NCBI GenBank assembly: GCA_013239625.1
Contig: MU054466.1
Span: 310,001-374,000, forward strand
Direction: 5' to 3'
Source of the DNA: Lama guanicoe
Lineage: Eukaryota
DNA length: 64,000 nt
Part shown: one piece after another, positions 48,355 through 60,240 of the stretch
How the letters are laid out: every line of letters starts with the position of its first letter
Numbering within the stretch: the stretch's first letter is position 1
Program-made: the position numbers and the translations under genes
Notes under the pieces: generated by a model
The model's input: the letters and a program-made list of their open reading frames with translations, nothing else
Told to the model about the DNA's origin: nothing
The model's database searches: none

Positions 48355-50800
48355 GGGAGCTTCACTGACGTATAATTCACACACTGCAAAGCTTGCCCAT
48401 GCACATGGTGATTTTACTATATTCACAGAGTGACAAATCTACCCCCACATTGAAATTCCAGAATATTCTCATCACCCCAGAAAGAAAGTCACCAGCAGCC
48501 CCTCCTCAATTCCTCCCCCGACCCCTGGCGTCCACTGGTCCACTCGCCTTCCATCTCTGGACCTGCCTGTCCTGGGTGTTTCAGACAAACTGAGCTGTAG
48601 GGTGTGCGACTTCCAGGTCCATCCTCTTTAACTCAGCATGATGTCGTCAAGGCTCAGCACTCAGGCCTTTTTCTCACCGAACATTCTAGGCTGGCTGTCT
48701 AACGCACAGTTTAGCCACTCACCAGGTGATGGACACCTAGGCTGTTTCTGGTTTTGACTTTTGGGGTAATGTTGCTGTGGGCATCTATGCACACGTTTGT
48801 TATGTAAACATGCATTTTCAGTTCTCTTGGAGTGGGATTGCTGGGTCATAGAGCAACTGAGTTAAATTTTTTGAGGAGTCAGGGGTCTTCCCACGGCAGC
48901 TACACACTCTTCCGTTCACCCCAGCGGTGATAAAGACTCCAGTTTCCCCACTTTCTTGACAACACTTTGCCTTTTTTATTTTGGCCATCTGTGGGGGGCG
49001 AAGTGGCATCTCATCATGGTTTTGCTTTGTAATTTCTTTTCTTTATAACCTGTTTTTCTTTTTTAAATGTCCGGATTGAATAACAGTTACCCTGGGTAGG
49101 ACATTGCTCCCTGTGCAGTTCGGAGGACTTTTCCCACACACTGATCTGTTTGAATGTGGTGAGTGCCACGACTCCAGTTTTACAAAGAAAAATATAAAGA
49201 TCTCTTTATATTGCTTTGTACTCTTTAAATTTTATAGAAGTAATAAAAATAATGTGATATTCCTGAAATGGACATAGCTAGCACCTTCCCTAATAATTTA
49301 TATGAACACCCACCTCTTTCTCCATTTAACTGTGAATGTCTTATAATTTTGATATTCAGATTTATAGAAAAAAGTGAGAATTGGACAAAGAATTCGGTGC
49401 CCTCCTCACCCAGACCCCAGGTGAGACCCTATTCCTCTTCACCCTCTGTTTTTCCGGAACTGATGGAGAGCAGGCTGCAGCAGGCTGCCATTTGACTCAT
49501 ACATCCGTGCCCATGCGTATCTCCAAAAGCAAGGGCATCCTCTTCCACAGTCAGCCGTGAACATTGACAGCGATACCGTTACCCGAACTGCAGGCCTTGC
49601 TCAAGTCTGGCCGGCTGTCCTAGCAGCCTGTGTGGGGAGCGCTTCTCCTGGTCCACGTGGAAAAGGAAGGCCTGGGCCGTGAGAGTGTCCAGCTGTTTTC
49701 ATTGCTTTAGCCCTCTGTGTGTTTTATGACCTTGACACTTTCTGAAGGTCGCTCCTGTTGGGGATTGTCTCACTCAGGTCTGATTAGACCGGGGCTATGG
49801 ATTCTCGGCAAGAATATCACTGATGGGGGTTCCCGTGCGCACCGGACGGCAGTCTGTCTGATTCCCGCGGTGTGAGTTTGCGCGTGTGGTTCAGGTGGGA
49901 GCTGCCAGGTTTCTCGACTGCACAGTTACACTTCTCCCCTTGGTAATCCATCAATTTGTTGGAGGAGAAACTTTGAGACTAAGAGAACACTTGTTTCTCA
50001 CAGTTTTGCCTGCTAATTTTAGCATCCTGTGGTGCAGTCATTATTACTCTGGTGTTTCATGGTTAGTTTTTACATTTCCCTCATTCCTTCAACATTAATT
50101 GGAACTATTTTCTAAGACAGAGCAGCCCCTTCTCTACCATTTACTCAGTCATTTGTATCGGCATGGACTTGTGGACCTGTGATTCTGTGAGACGTAATCT
50201 GGTGACTGCTATTCTGCTGCTCCGACGGTTAGGGATCCTCGTGTGCCCTTTTGACGTGCCATGTCCTTAAAAGCACTTCCTGACTTTCTGGCCCCAGGGG
50301 AGACTCCAGGCCCACCTTCTATTCTCTGGCTCACTTCGTGGAGACTGGGATTTAGCAACCAAGATCTGGACGTTGCTTGTGCTCACTGCCACTGAGCTGC
50401 TGTCACTGCTGAGTCCTCTCAGGACAGAGCTAGGAAACACACGTACTAACTCACGTGTATACCTCTGTATTTGTTTCTGAACCTATCTAGTTGCATATAC
50501 ACATTAAAAAAACTGTGAGTTCACACTGACGTCTCTGATTCCAGCCCAACTCCCGAGGATTCACTCTCACCTCCCCTTATTTGTAAATTCTTTCTCTGGC
50601 AGTGAGAAGCCTGGCTTTCGTGGTCCACGTGGTATCTGCTTAGACGACGTCAGTCCTTTAAGTGTCCGCCTAACCTGATCTTAGAGCTGCTGACCCACAC
50701 CTGTGAGAGACATTCGCTAACCAGGGTGCAGGACTGGGTTCTTGAATGTGTGGAGTCAGGGTACCCAGTGAAGGTACTGGTTCCCAAGGTTGCTTAGGCG
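48355..50800 (-). mobile_element. Old degenerate LINE-1 (L1M-type 3' end) fragments
   Basis: L1M 3'UTR-like strings in antisense, e.g. GATGGACACCTAGGCTGTTTC, GGGATTGCTGGGTCATA, GTGGCATCTCATCATGGTTTTG. Boundaries are approximate. Confidence 0.65.
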
Positions 50801-50814
50801 AGTGAGTCTCTCCC

Positions 50815-50906
50815 ACACTTTTTTAAGGTGGTTTCTGGCATCCGCTGGAAACCACTTTTGGTGAACTTCACTTCCTGCTGTGTGCCTGCGGCCGGGGTAG
50901 CCCCAC
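50815..50906. repeat. Dispersed ~92-nt direct repeat, copy B (intergenic)
   Basis: Second copy of 44280-44372 in the same orientation. Confidence 0.92.
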
Positions 50907-50909
50907 GCA

Positions 50910-51250
50910 CACCTCCCACCCCACACCCTGTCCCATGTGTCTCACGTGTGGCTGTGTCAGAATTGTGTCCTCTATAATAAATGGGTACCTGTAGATGAAG
51001 TGTTTTTCTGAGTTCTCTGAGTTTTAGTGAATTGCTGAACCTGAGGGGGCAGTTGTGGGAACCCTTGAATTTGTAGTTTGCTGGCAAAAATCTGGGTAGC
51101 TTATGACTGGTGTTTGAAATGCGAGCAGTCTTGGACCGAGGCCTCAACTTGCAGGGTCTGGGCTCACTCCAGATACTCAGCGTTTAATTGAAATGTGGCA
51201 CGTGTGGTTTCAGGCAATTGGTGTGAGGGAAAAAACCTGTCAGTGGCGCA
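50910..51250 (+). mobile_element. MER21-like LTR fragment
   Basis: TGTCCTCTATAATAAA...TTTTTCTGAGTTCTCTGAG...GAACCTGAGGGGG...GGGAACCC resembles the MER21 consensus as recalled. Confidence 0.55.
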
Positions 51251-51599
51251 TTGTCCAAGTGCATGGCGTGGACTCTGTCTGGATCCTGCTGTGGATAAAC
51301 CAACTGGAACAACAGTTCTGAGATGGGGAAATTGAACATGGACTGTTAAAGAGCTTATATAAACCAAAGAACACCAGAAAATCAAGATAAACCGAACAGT
51401 AGGAAACACAAGGGCATGAACAAGCAGTTCACAAAAGAAGTAAGACAAATATGCTCGCTCTTCTAGTGTTGCAAGAAAAGGAGTTACAATTATATGATGC
51501 CATCATTTTAGACGTTAAATTGGCAAATATGTATATATTCTAAAGAGATACACACACATATATTCTAAAACATTAACACAAACCTTTCTTGGAAAAGGC

Positions 51600-53480
51600 A
51601 AAACCAGGGATTTTCATATAGATGACATGATCCTACAGGTAAAAAATCTTAAGGAATCACACAAACTTTAAGAACTAGTAAACGAGTTTAGCAAGGTTGC
51701 AGAATATAAGGTCAACATACAAATAATCAAGCAAAATGAAAAATTCAATTCAAAATGAAATTCAGAATGAACTTCAAAAATGAAATTAAGGAAATTCTAT
51801 TCATGTCAATACTAAAAAGAATAAAATTCTTAGGAACAAATTTAACAATAGAAGTGCCAGACCTGACCATAGAGTGAAAACTATGAAATATTGCTGGGAG
51901 ACATTTAAGATTAAATAGATGTATAGAAATCTCACGCTTTGGGGTTGGAAGACTCAGTATCAATAAAATGTTAAGTCTCCCCAGATTGTTCTACAGATTC
52001 AATGTAATCCCTATCAATAGATGCTTTTGCAGAAATTGAGAATAGATTTTAACATTTCTATGGAAATTCAAAGGACCTAGAATAGCCAAAACAATTTTGA
52101 AAAGAATGTTAAAGCTGGAGAACCCACACTACAGGTTTCAAAACTTACAACAAAGCTACAGTAACCAAGAGACTGTGGTGTTAAGGATAAACATATAGAT
52201 TAAGGAACAAAGTTGAGTCTATAAATGAACCCTGAAGTTTATGGCGAATAAAATTTCAACAGAGGTGCCAAGACAGTTCAGTGGGGGAAATTACTAGGCT
52301 TTTCCACCTGTGCTGGGACAATCAGATATCCCTACACACGCGCGGAAGAACTTTGACTCAACTCATGCCTTACACAGGGATTAACTCAAAATGGAGCGTA
52401 CACCTAAATGGAAGCTGAAATTGTAAAAATAATAGGAGAAAATCTTTGCAGCTTTGCCTTAGGTAAATAGTTCTTAGACCCAACATCAAAAGCATGAGCC
52501 ATGAAGAAATTTTTTATAAACTTCACTAAAATAAAAGGTTTTGCTCTAACAGACATCTTTAGGAAGAGTCAAGTCAAGCCACAGAAGATGTTTATAAACC
52601 ATACATCTGACAAAGGACTGCTATCCAGGACCCATTAGTCGTCTTACAATGGACGACTAACCAAATTTTAAAATGGACAAAAGACTTGAATAGATACCTT
52701 ACCAAAGAAGACTCTTCAAGAAAATGCAAATTAACCCAGGAGACACCATGTCGCACCCACTAGGACAGGTTTAATCAAAAAGACAGACGATGCCAAGTGT
52801 TGGCAAAGGTGTGCCCCGTTGGAACCCTCTCACCTTGTTGCCAGGGTTGTAAAATGACGTCCACCTTGGAAAACATGGGGATTTCCACTGTGAGGAATCT
52901 ACTCAAGACAAATGAACATATGTTCACGCGAAGACAGATGCCGCTGTTCACAATGGACAAAAAGGAATCCAAAGGTCCAGCTGATAAATGAATACCAACA
53001 AAATGTGCAACACTTGCACAGCAAATGGAACAAAAGCACTGACCGCAGATGGACGGCAAGACGTCAGATATCACAGGCCCCCAGATTGCATGTTGTGTGA
53101 TTCCACACAAACGAAATGCCCAGGAAAGGCCAGCTTACAGCTGCAGGAAAGCAGGGCAGTGGCTGCCAGGGTCTGAGGGGGAAGGGGTGGCTGCAGCAGT
53201 GGACACTGACTCAGTTGTGCAAGGGAAGCTTGGTCAGAATGATGATTATGCACCTCTACGAATCTACTGGAAAATAGTTGAACTGTAAATTTTGTTTTGT
53301 TGTGGGAGTAATTAGGTTTATTTACTTACTTACTATTCTAACGGAGGTGTCAGGGATTGAACCCAGGACCTCGTGCATGCTAAGCACATGCTCTACCATT
53401 GAGCTACAGCCTCCCCCTGTATTGTGAACTCAATGGGTGGATTTTGTAAATTATACCTCAATCAAGCTGTAAAAAAAACA
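51600..53480 (+). mobile_element. Degenerate LINE-1: ORF2 3' portion and 3'UTR
   Basis: AT-rich. GATGACATGATCCTA (RT 'DDMIL' motif) at 51621, GGTTGGAAGACTCAGTAT, CTACAGATTCAATGTAATCCCTATCAA and AAAGCTACAGTAACCAAGA. Many stops and frameshifts. Confidence 0.88.
53290..53417 (-). mobile_element. Full-length Vic-1-like camelid tRNA-derived SINE inserted in L1
   Basis: Minus strand GGGGGAGGCTGTAGCTCAATGGTAGAGCATGTGCTTAGCATGCACGAGGTCCTGGGTTCAATCCC...TAAATAAACCTAATTACTCCC. Has Pol III A and B boxes and a Vic-1-type tail. Confidence 0.85.
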
Positions 53481-54009
53481 AAAATTACCTTGCTGCTCTA
53501 TGTCATTAAGTATTTTTATTTAAATCATGTGAAAAGATTTAATTCATCACGGATTTTTTAAATGAACATGTTAATATTAATTACAGTGCAAATGCTCCTG
53601 GGCTGTGCAGTAATACACTTTTGAGATCCGCTATGGAGATGTTTGATATCCTAAAAGTGCTGTAGTGAACATCCTTGTAAGGAAGCCTTTGTGCACAGCC
53701 ACCGATCTTTCTTCAGAACACCATTAAGGTTCAAGTTGTACCTTCTTGGCACTACCCCCCCGCCGCCCCGCCCCATCCTGCGCTCTCCCATCTCTCACGG
53801 TCTCTGCTAATTAGCTAAAAAGGTTCAAAATAGCATCCTTCCTCCCTCATGGTGGTGCAGAGTCATGTCACATCCCAAGGGGTCTAGTTCCTACAGGTCC
53901 TACCTGCACCCACAGAAAGGACGGAGGGCAGGGACTTGGTGTCAGCACTGGGGTGTGGTGTCAACAGCTGGTCTCGGCTGTGGTAGACTCTATAGGACCA
54001 GTGGCCGTG

Positions 54010-54077
54010 GTGGCCGTGGTCCTCCCACAGGGCACTGCAGGGAGTGGCCCTGGTCCTCCCACGGGACACTGCAGGGA
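54010..54077. repeat. 34-bp tandem duplication (2 copies, few mismatches)
   Basis: GTGGCCGTGGTCCTCCCACAGGGCACTGCAGGGA / GTGGCCCTGGTCCTCCCACGGGACACTGCAGGGA. Confidence 0.8.
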
Positions 54078-56029
54078 GCAGAGAGGATGATCTTGCTGAT
54101 GAAGACACACAATCGATGCAACATAAAAAGCTTAACTAGATTCTGATTCAAATAGAAAGTAAAAGAACTCAGTACAAGCAAGGAAAATACTGGTTAGATC
54201 TTTAATGTTATTTGTAAATTTTATTGGCCGGTATTCCAGGTACCTACTGCTCTGTAAGAAATTACTCCAAAACCCGGTGTAAAACATACTTTATTGTGCT
54301 TACAGATTCTGAAGGTAAGGGAGTGAGACGGGATGGTTCATCTGGCACCACAGGGCGGGGCTCCTAGGTCTTCAGCCCGTCTTCGGATTGAGAAGCCACA
54401 CCCCAGCCTCACCCTCAGCTGGGCCCTGAGCTGCAGCCACAGTGGGATGAGGTTAGGGGGCCCTGTGGGTGGCAAGGGTATTTTCCCGCAGAGGGCTGTG
54501 GGTCGCCGGGACACGGCTGAAGAGCCACACACCCTTTGCTTCTCTTCCCATTGGCAGGTGGAGTGTCTGTTATGATGTCACTTCTTTTGTGTTGGGATCT
54601 CTGCTCATCTTGTTTGAAACTTACAGGACTTAAGTAGGCTCTGTTCAGACAGGTTAAGTAGTTCAAAGTGGAGTCACAGTGGCCAACATGAGCTTCCATG
54701 CTGGTTGTTCTGAAATGTAATGTACACTGTAGGACTGGGAGTGTCCCAAGTGATAAACTGAGAGTGTTGCTTTAGATGAGAAGTTTGACAGGCCGTGTGT
54801 GTCACTGGCACAGAAGGAAAAATGGGGAGAGTGAAGCCCCCTCCCCAGGGGAACCGTTATTCCTTAGAAAGATATCACTGAGCTGAGTGAGTTGAAGGCT
54901 GTTTGCCGGAGGGCCTGACTCCACGCTGCTGAAAGCTGTTCCGGGGTCTGGATGCTGCCCGACGCCCTGTTGGGGCAGCCAGCAACTCCCCTGTCACAGG
55001 GTGGAGCTGTGCTGGGACGCCACCTCCGGGACTCCGCCTTGGAGTGGTCAGTGACCCCCCTTTCCCTACTTGTAGCGGTGACACACCAGGAGACTCCTGA
55101 ACTGAACACTGGCTGTTGTTTCGTGCATCGCCAATTCCGTGATTCCTACTGGCCCTTCCTGCTGGGCCCAGAGGCTCTGCCCTGGAACCTGGCCTGGCCT
55201 GAGTCACGGGCTTGCCCAGCAGAGCCGCAGCATAGTTCTGGTCCTTCCAAGTGGGCTCCCTCGAAGTCACAGAAGATGGGCCTCTTGAAACACTTGCTGT
55301 TGGAGACTAGCTGCCAAAACAACCGGGGGGCGTGTGGGAGAGCCTCGGCTGACAACCGTCTTGCCGTCCAGTCTTCAGGAGGCTGCGGCGCGGACCCAGC
55401 GGACTACAGCTGCATGGAAACCCTGTGCTCAGCCCACGGGGAGGAGAAGCATAAATCCGGGCTCCAGGCCAGTGTGTCTGGAGAGGTCTGCTAAGCCACA
55501 AGGGGCGGCGGGGATAACAGTACCCTGGCTGTTGTTTACCCTGAAAGGATTCCTTTCTTCCAAAATAAATGCATGTTGAAATATTTACAGTGGACATGAC
55601 ATCTGAGGTTTGTTTCAACGTTGCTGTGCGTTGGGAGATGAAGGCATTGATGAAACAAGAGCGACCACGAGCTGCTACCTGTTGAAGCCAGGAGCTAGGG
55701 CCCCTGGGGTTCATAATCCCGGTGCCAGGTGGTGGGCCCCGCCCACTGTACTGGGGAGGATCTGTGACCAGCAGAAGGGATGGCACTTCTGACACTAGGC
55801 TGTGAGAGCCACCGTGGCTGCATCCCGAGTACTTGTTGATTCCCTTGCTCGTTTTCTGCTTTTGAGGCCTCACTTCAGGGAAAGCAAGCTGCCCTACTGG
55901 GCGCAGCCCTATGGAGAGGCCAGGAGCTGCAGGTGGCAGGGAATCAAGGCCTCCAGCCAACAGCCCTCGAGGAAAAGAGTCTCCTGCCCCCAGCGCGAGC
56001 ACGAGCTTGGAATTCCAGGAGATCTTCAG

Positions 56030-56185
56030 AGATCCAGGCCCTGGCTCACAGCTTGACCACAACCTCAGGAGAGGCCCGGAACCAGAACCACCCTGCGGAG
56101 CTGCTTCCTGACTCCCACACAAATGTTGATCGTTTTAAGCTAAATTCCTGGTAAGTTTTCACACAGCAGTAGATTACTAATATAA
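56030..56185 (+). mobile_element. MLT1-like (MaLR) LTR 3' fragment
   Basis: Ends GTTTTAAGCTAAATT...CACAGCAGTAGATTACTAATA, like MLT1 termini. A similar antisense remnant lies at ~54230-54320. Confidence 0.5.
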
Positions 56186-56699
56186 CGGTGTTTGGAAATT
56201 TTAAAAGAGCCCTACGGTTATCAGAAAGCAGACTTTTCCTCCGCCAGTGACTCAGCAGTGCAGCAGGTCGCGCGGCCCTGGTGGTCTGGTTTTCAGGGAC
56301 AGGGTGCCTCAGAAGCACACACCCAGCACCAGATGAGAACGCTCTGCCTTGGGCCGACTGAACGTCCTTCACACAGCGCTGACAGTGTGACTCTTAGTCA
56401 CAGGAAAATCGCATTTATTCCTCAGAAACCGAGACATCTCCCAAAGATACCAAGCTTCAGGACTTCACATTACTTTCTACTGCCTAAAACCTGCAGGCGC
56501 GTGTGCTGCTGACGACTGCGGCCTCGACCCGGACTCGCTGAAGGCAGGCCACACAGACGGGTCCTGCCTTCCTGGGGCTGAAGAGCCACCGAAGGGGGCA
56601 GGGGCCCGTTTCCGAGTTCTCACAAGGGCTGCGGGTGGAGGTCAGGAGGCGCACCACGCCCAGCATCTGGTGTGCAGCACTTGGGGGCCAGGACCCCAC

Positions 56700-58100
56700 A
56701 AGGAGAAAGAGGGGTGGCGGCCAAGTGTCGGCAGCGCGGGCTTCGGCTGGGCCGGCCACGGGGGCCACGAGTCACGAGCCCCTTATGGCGCTACAGAGCG
56801 CTCCCGGGTGAGCGTGTGCGAGACGTCCGATATCCGCCAACAGTCGGAGCACGCGGGTGGAGAACCTGCGTGGACGGCGGCATCTCAGCCAGGAGCTCCC
56901 AGTGCCGAGACTCCCTGAAGCGGCTGGCGCTCCGGGCAGGGCGGCCGAACGCTGACCGTGTGGAAGGGGAAGGCCCGCGGCGCACGGACTCCGCTCCCGG
57001 AAGGGCGCCGTGGGCCGTCACCCGCGGACGACGGAACGTTCGGCAGTCACTTCCGGGAGGCCAGGCGGCCGGGCCCGCTCGTCCCCGCGGAGCGACGGCG
57101 GCCTGCTTCCGGGGACGCGCCCGCGCCCGACAGACGCGCGTCCCAGCACCTCGCGGAAATGCCACGCCGCGCCCGCGTTCCGCGTGGGTCGCAGCGAAAC
57201 CATGACACTGCCCGCCCCCTGAGTTCGCGGGCTGACCCGTTGGGTCGCCTGGGACTGAAAAATGCCGGCGGCAAAAGGCGCAGAAGCCGCAGCCGGACGG
57301 GTGTCCGCACGCGCCCCGTCTGCCGCGCCGTGCCACCCACGCGGACGCACCCACGAGGCCAGCCCCGCAAGATGGCGGCAGCGCGCTCCCGGCAGCCCCT
57401 CCGCGCGCATGCGCCCTCGCGGCCCGTCCCGCGCGAGCGGAAGTCGCTTGACCCCGGAAGTGGCGGGCCGGGAGCGCGCGGGCGGGGCGGCTACGTTCGT
57501 TATTCCGTGCGGGAGGGAGCACGAGAGCGGAGCGGTCGAGACTCCGGTGAGCGCGGGCGGCGGGGCCGGCGGGGCCGGCGGGCGGGGCCGGCGGGTGGCC
57601 GCGGGGGAGGGGGCGGTGGCCGCGCCTTTGTTCTCCCCGCTCGCCCCGCCCTTCGGCCCAGCCGGTGGGATCTGCGCGGGGCGGGGGCGGCAGTGACAGC
57701 GGGCGGTGGCCCCGGCTTAGGGCGGGCCCACGTGCGGGGCCGTGGTGCGGGAGACGGGGGCGCGGGCCCAGGAGGCGGGGGCGCGGAGCAGCCCCCTCCT
57801 TGCCGTTTCGCGGTGGCCGGGGCCAGGCCGGACGCTCCGTCTCCTGGGCTTTGTGGTCCCTGCGCCCCACCCTGCGCGCCGCGCCCAGATTGCGGGCCGT
57901 GCGGAAGTGCGGGCCGCGGCGATCGCACTTGGAGGATCCTGTCGCCTGCGGCCGCGCTTGGGTGGCGTTGGGGCGTGATCCTTATAGAGGAATTCGAGAG
58001 GAAGCTGCGGGAGGCTTGAGAAAGCGGGCCGGCCCCACCCCGCTGCGGCGGCCGGGCGGCTCCGGGTCCCCAGTGGCCTTTTGTAAAATCTGGACCTTCC
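56700..58100 (+). promoter_or_regulatory. ARHGDIA: ARHGDIA CpG-island promoter and non-coding exon 1 (donor GTGAGC at 57547)
   Basis: YY1 CAAGATGGCGGC 57368-57379, NRF1 GCGCATGCGC 57405-57414, ETS CGGAAGT twice and GC boxes. Confidence 0.8.
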
Positions 58101-59085
58101 GCATGTCCCGGTTGCCAGACTGGACCTGTGGGGCAAAGGTATTGAGTATCTTTCTAGGCAACCAGTGGCCCTTACCCGCCTCCCGCACTGTTGGGTAGGG
58201 TCTTAGCAGGTTTTAGGTACTTTTCAGGGATTTTGGGGGGGTGGCGGTGCGAGGGTCAACCTTAGTGAAGGAAGCCCAGTGGCTGCTCCATGCACTGCTC
58301 CTCCTTTTGACAGCACTGCTCCAGGCTCTTTCGGGCCAGGGCCCAGAAGGAGGGTCTTGAGGCTACCACATGGTTGCAGCAATTTTCAAATTCTAGGCGG
58401 CAGATCATCACAATTGGAGATAAGCTTGGCAGACACTTAGGGTCCTTCTGCTATTTCAGGACTTAGCTGTGGGATTTAGGCTGGCCCTGTTATCTGACTA
58501 CCAGGAGAGCCCTGTGTTTGCAGGCTGAGACAGAACCAGTCTGTGTTCTGCACCGAGGGTTTGCGTTGCAGCTAGGACAGGTCGTAAGGAGCATGGCTGG
58601 TCAGGGAAGCCTAGCAGGAGGAGTCCTTCGGAGTGAGGGCCTGGGCAGCTCAGAACAAGCAGCAGGGCTTGGTCCTGACCCTGCCTGGTGGGGCTGGGGT
58701 GCTGCAGCTTCCTGGGCAACAGAGGAGCTGTCACTGCTTTTCCCAAGGAGCAGGTTGCAGGTCCCATTTAGTCCTGGGTGTTGGACCTGAAGTGGACTCC
58801 CCTGAGGTGAACAGGGCAAGGAGGCAAGCGTGACCTCTTGAGTCGCAGGAGCCTGTGTGGGGACCCCTTGCGAAGTTCTGGCTGTCCTTGCCTTCCTGTT
58901 GCAGAAGATGCACCTCCCCTGGGGCCCACGTCGGGGCTTGGTCACCTGCACAGATCCAACACGGCCCCCTTGGGCGGCGGCAGGACCTGCAGAGGGTGGG
59001 AAGGGGAGACGCTGTGGGTCTCTCTTGGCTGTCACAGCCCTTGCCACCCAACCCACAGGTGTCCCAGACGCAGCTAGAGGTGAGT

Positions 59086-60240
59086 ATGGCTGAGCAGGAG
59101 CCCACAGCCGAGCAGCTGGCACAGATTGCAGCTGAGAATGAGGAGGATGAGCATTCGGTCAACTACAAGCCCCCGGCCCAGAAGAGCATCCAGGAGATCC
59201 AGGAGCTGGACAAGGATGACGAGAGTCTGCGCAAGTACAAGGAGGCCCTACTGGGCCGCGTGGCCGTGTCCGCCGGTGAGTGGGCCCAGCCGGGGTGCAC
59301 TGCACGGGCACCTGTCGCTTTCCCAGGTGTCCACCACTGTTCCCCTGCTTGGTGGAGCCCTAACCTGCTGTCACTCCGCAGACCCCAACGTCCCCAACGT
59401 CGTGGTGACCCGCCTGACTCTGGTGTGTAGCAGTGCCCCGGGCCCCCTGGAGCTGGACCTGACAGGTGAGGGGCACTCTTAAGGTCCCTGACTGCTGCTG
59501 CGCACCCTGCTGCATCCCCTAAAAATAGTTTTTAGGAGCATGGGCGCCCTCTTGTGTGGAGCACAGGAAGTGCAGCCATGTGGTCTTGCAAGGCACTGGC
59601 TTTGGAGTGACCTGGGGCTGGGGCTGGGGCTGGGGCTGGGTGGCTTTCCCTGGCCCATTCTCTTAGCGTGGCGTTCTTCTCAAACGCAGGTGATCTGGAG
59701 AGTTTCAAGAAGCAATCCTTTGTGCTGAAGGAGGGTGTGGAGTACCGGATAAAAATCTCTTTCCGGGTAAGGAGAGGTGCCGGGGGTCTGGGCTGCCTTG
59801 GGAGGGGTGGGGCGCCGGGGCTGGAGAGCCTGGCTGAGCCCCGCTCGGGGTGTCTCCTTGCAGGTGAACCGGGAGATCGTGTCCGGCATGAAGTACATCC
59901 AGCACACGTACAGGAAAGGCGTCAAAAGTGAGTGAGGGCGGGGCCAGCCCCAGGAGGGGAGTGGCCACCCAGGGACTTGGGGATCGGTTGTGGGGAAGGC
60001 CCAATCCTGCTTCCTGACTGTCACCTTCCTGGCACCGCAGTTGACAAGACTGACTACATGGTAGGGAGCTACGGGCCCCGGGCGGAGGAGTATGAGTTCC
60101 TGACGCCTATGGAGGAGGCTCCCAAAGGCATGCTGGCTCGCGGCAGCTACAACATCAAGTCCCGCTTCACAGACGATGACAGGACAGACCACCTGTCCTG
60201 GGAGTGGAACCTCACCATCAAGAAGGAGTGGAAGGACTGA
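59086..60240 (+). CDS. ARHGDIA: Rho GDP-dissociation inhibitor alpha (204 aa)
   Basis: join(59086-59275,59382-59465,59690-59766,59864-59927,60041-60240) = 615 nt. [34 protein letters not shown]...[15 protein letters not shown]. Confidence 0.98.
59612..59640 (+). repeat. (CTGGGG)~5 intronic repeat with G-quadruplex potential
   Basis: Five G-runs with 2-nt loops in ARHGDIA intron 3. Confidence 0.75.

Noticed and set aside
53340-53417. tRNA gene
   Set aside because: The tRNA-like A/B boxes are followed by a SINE tail and lie inside an L1, so this is a SINE.
56791-58019. 353-359 aa ORFs on both strands of the ARHGDIA island
   Set aside because: GC-content artefacts with low-complexity R/G/P/A composition.
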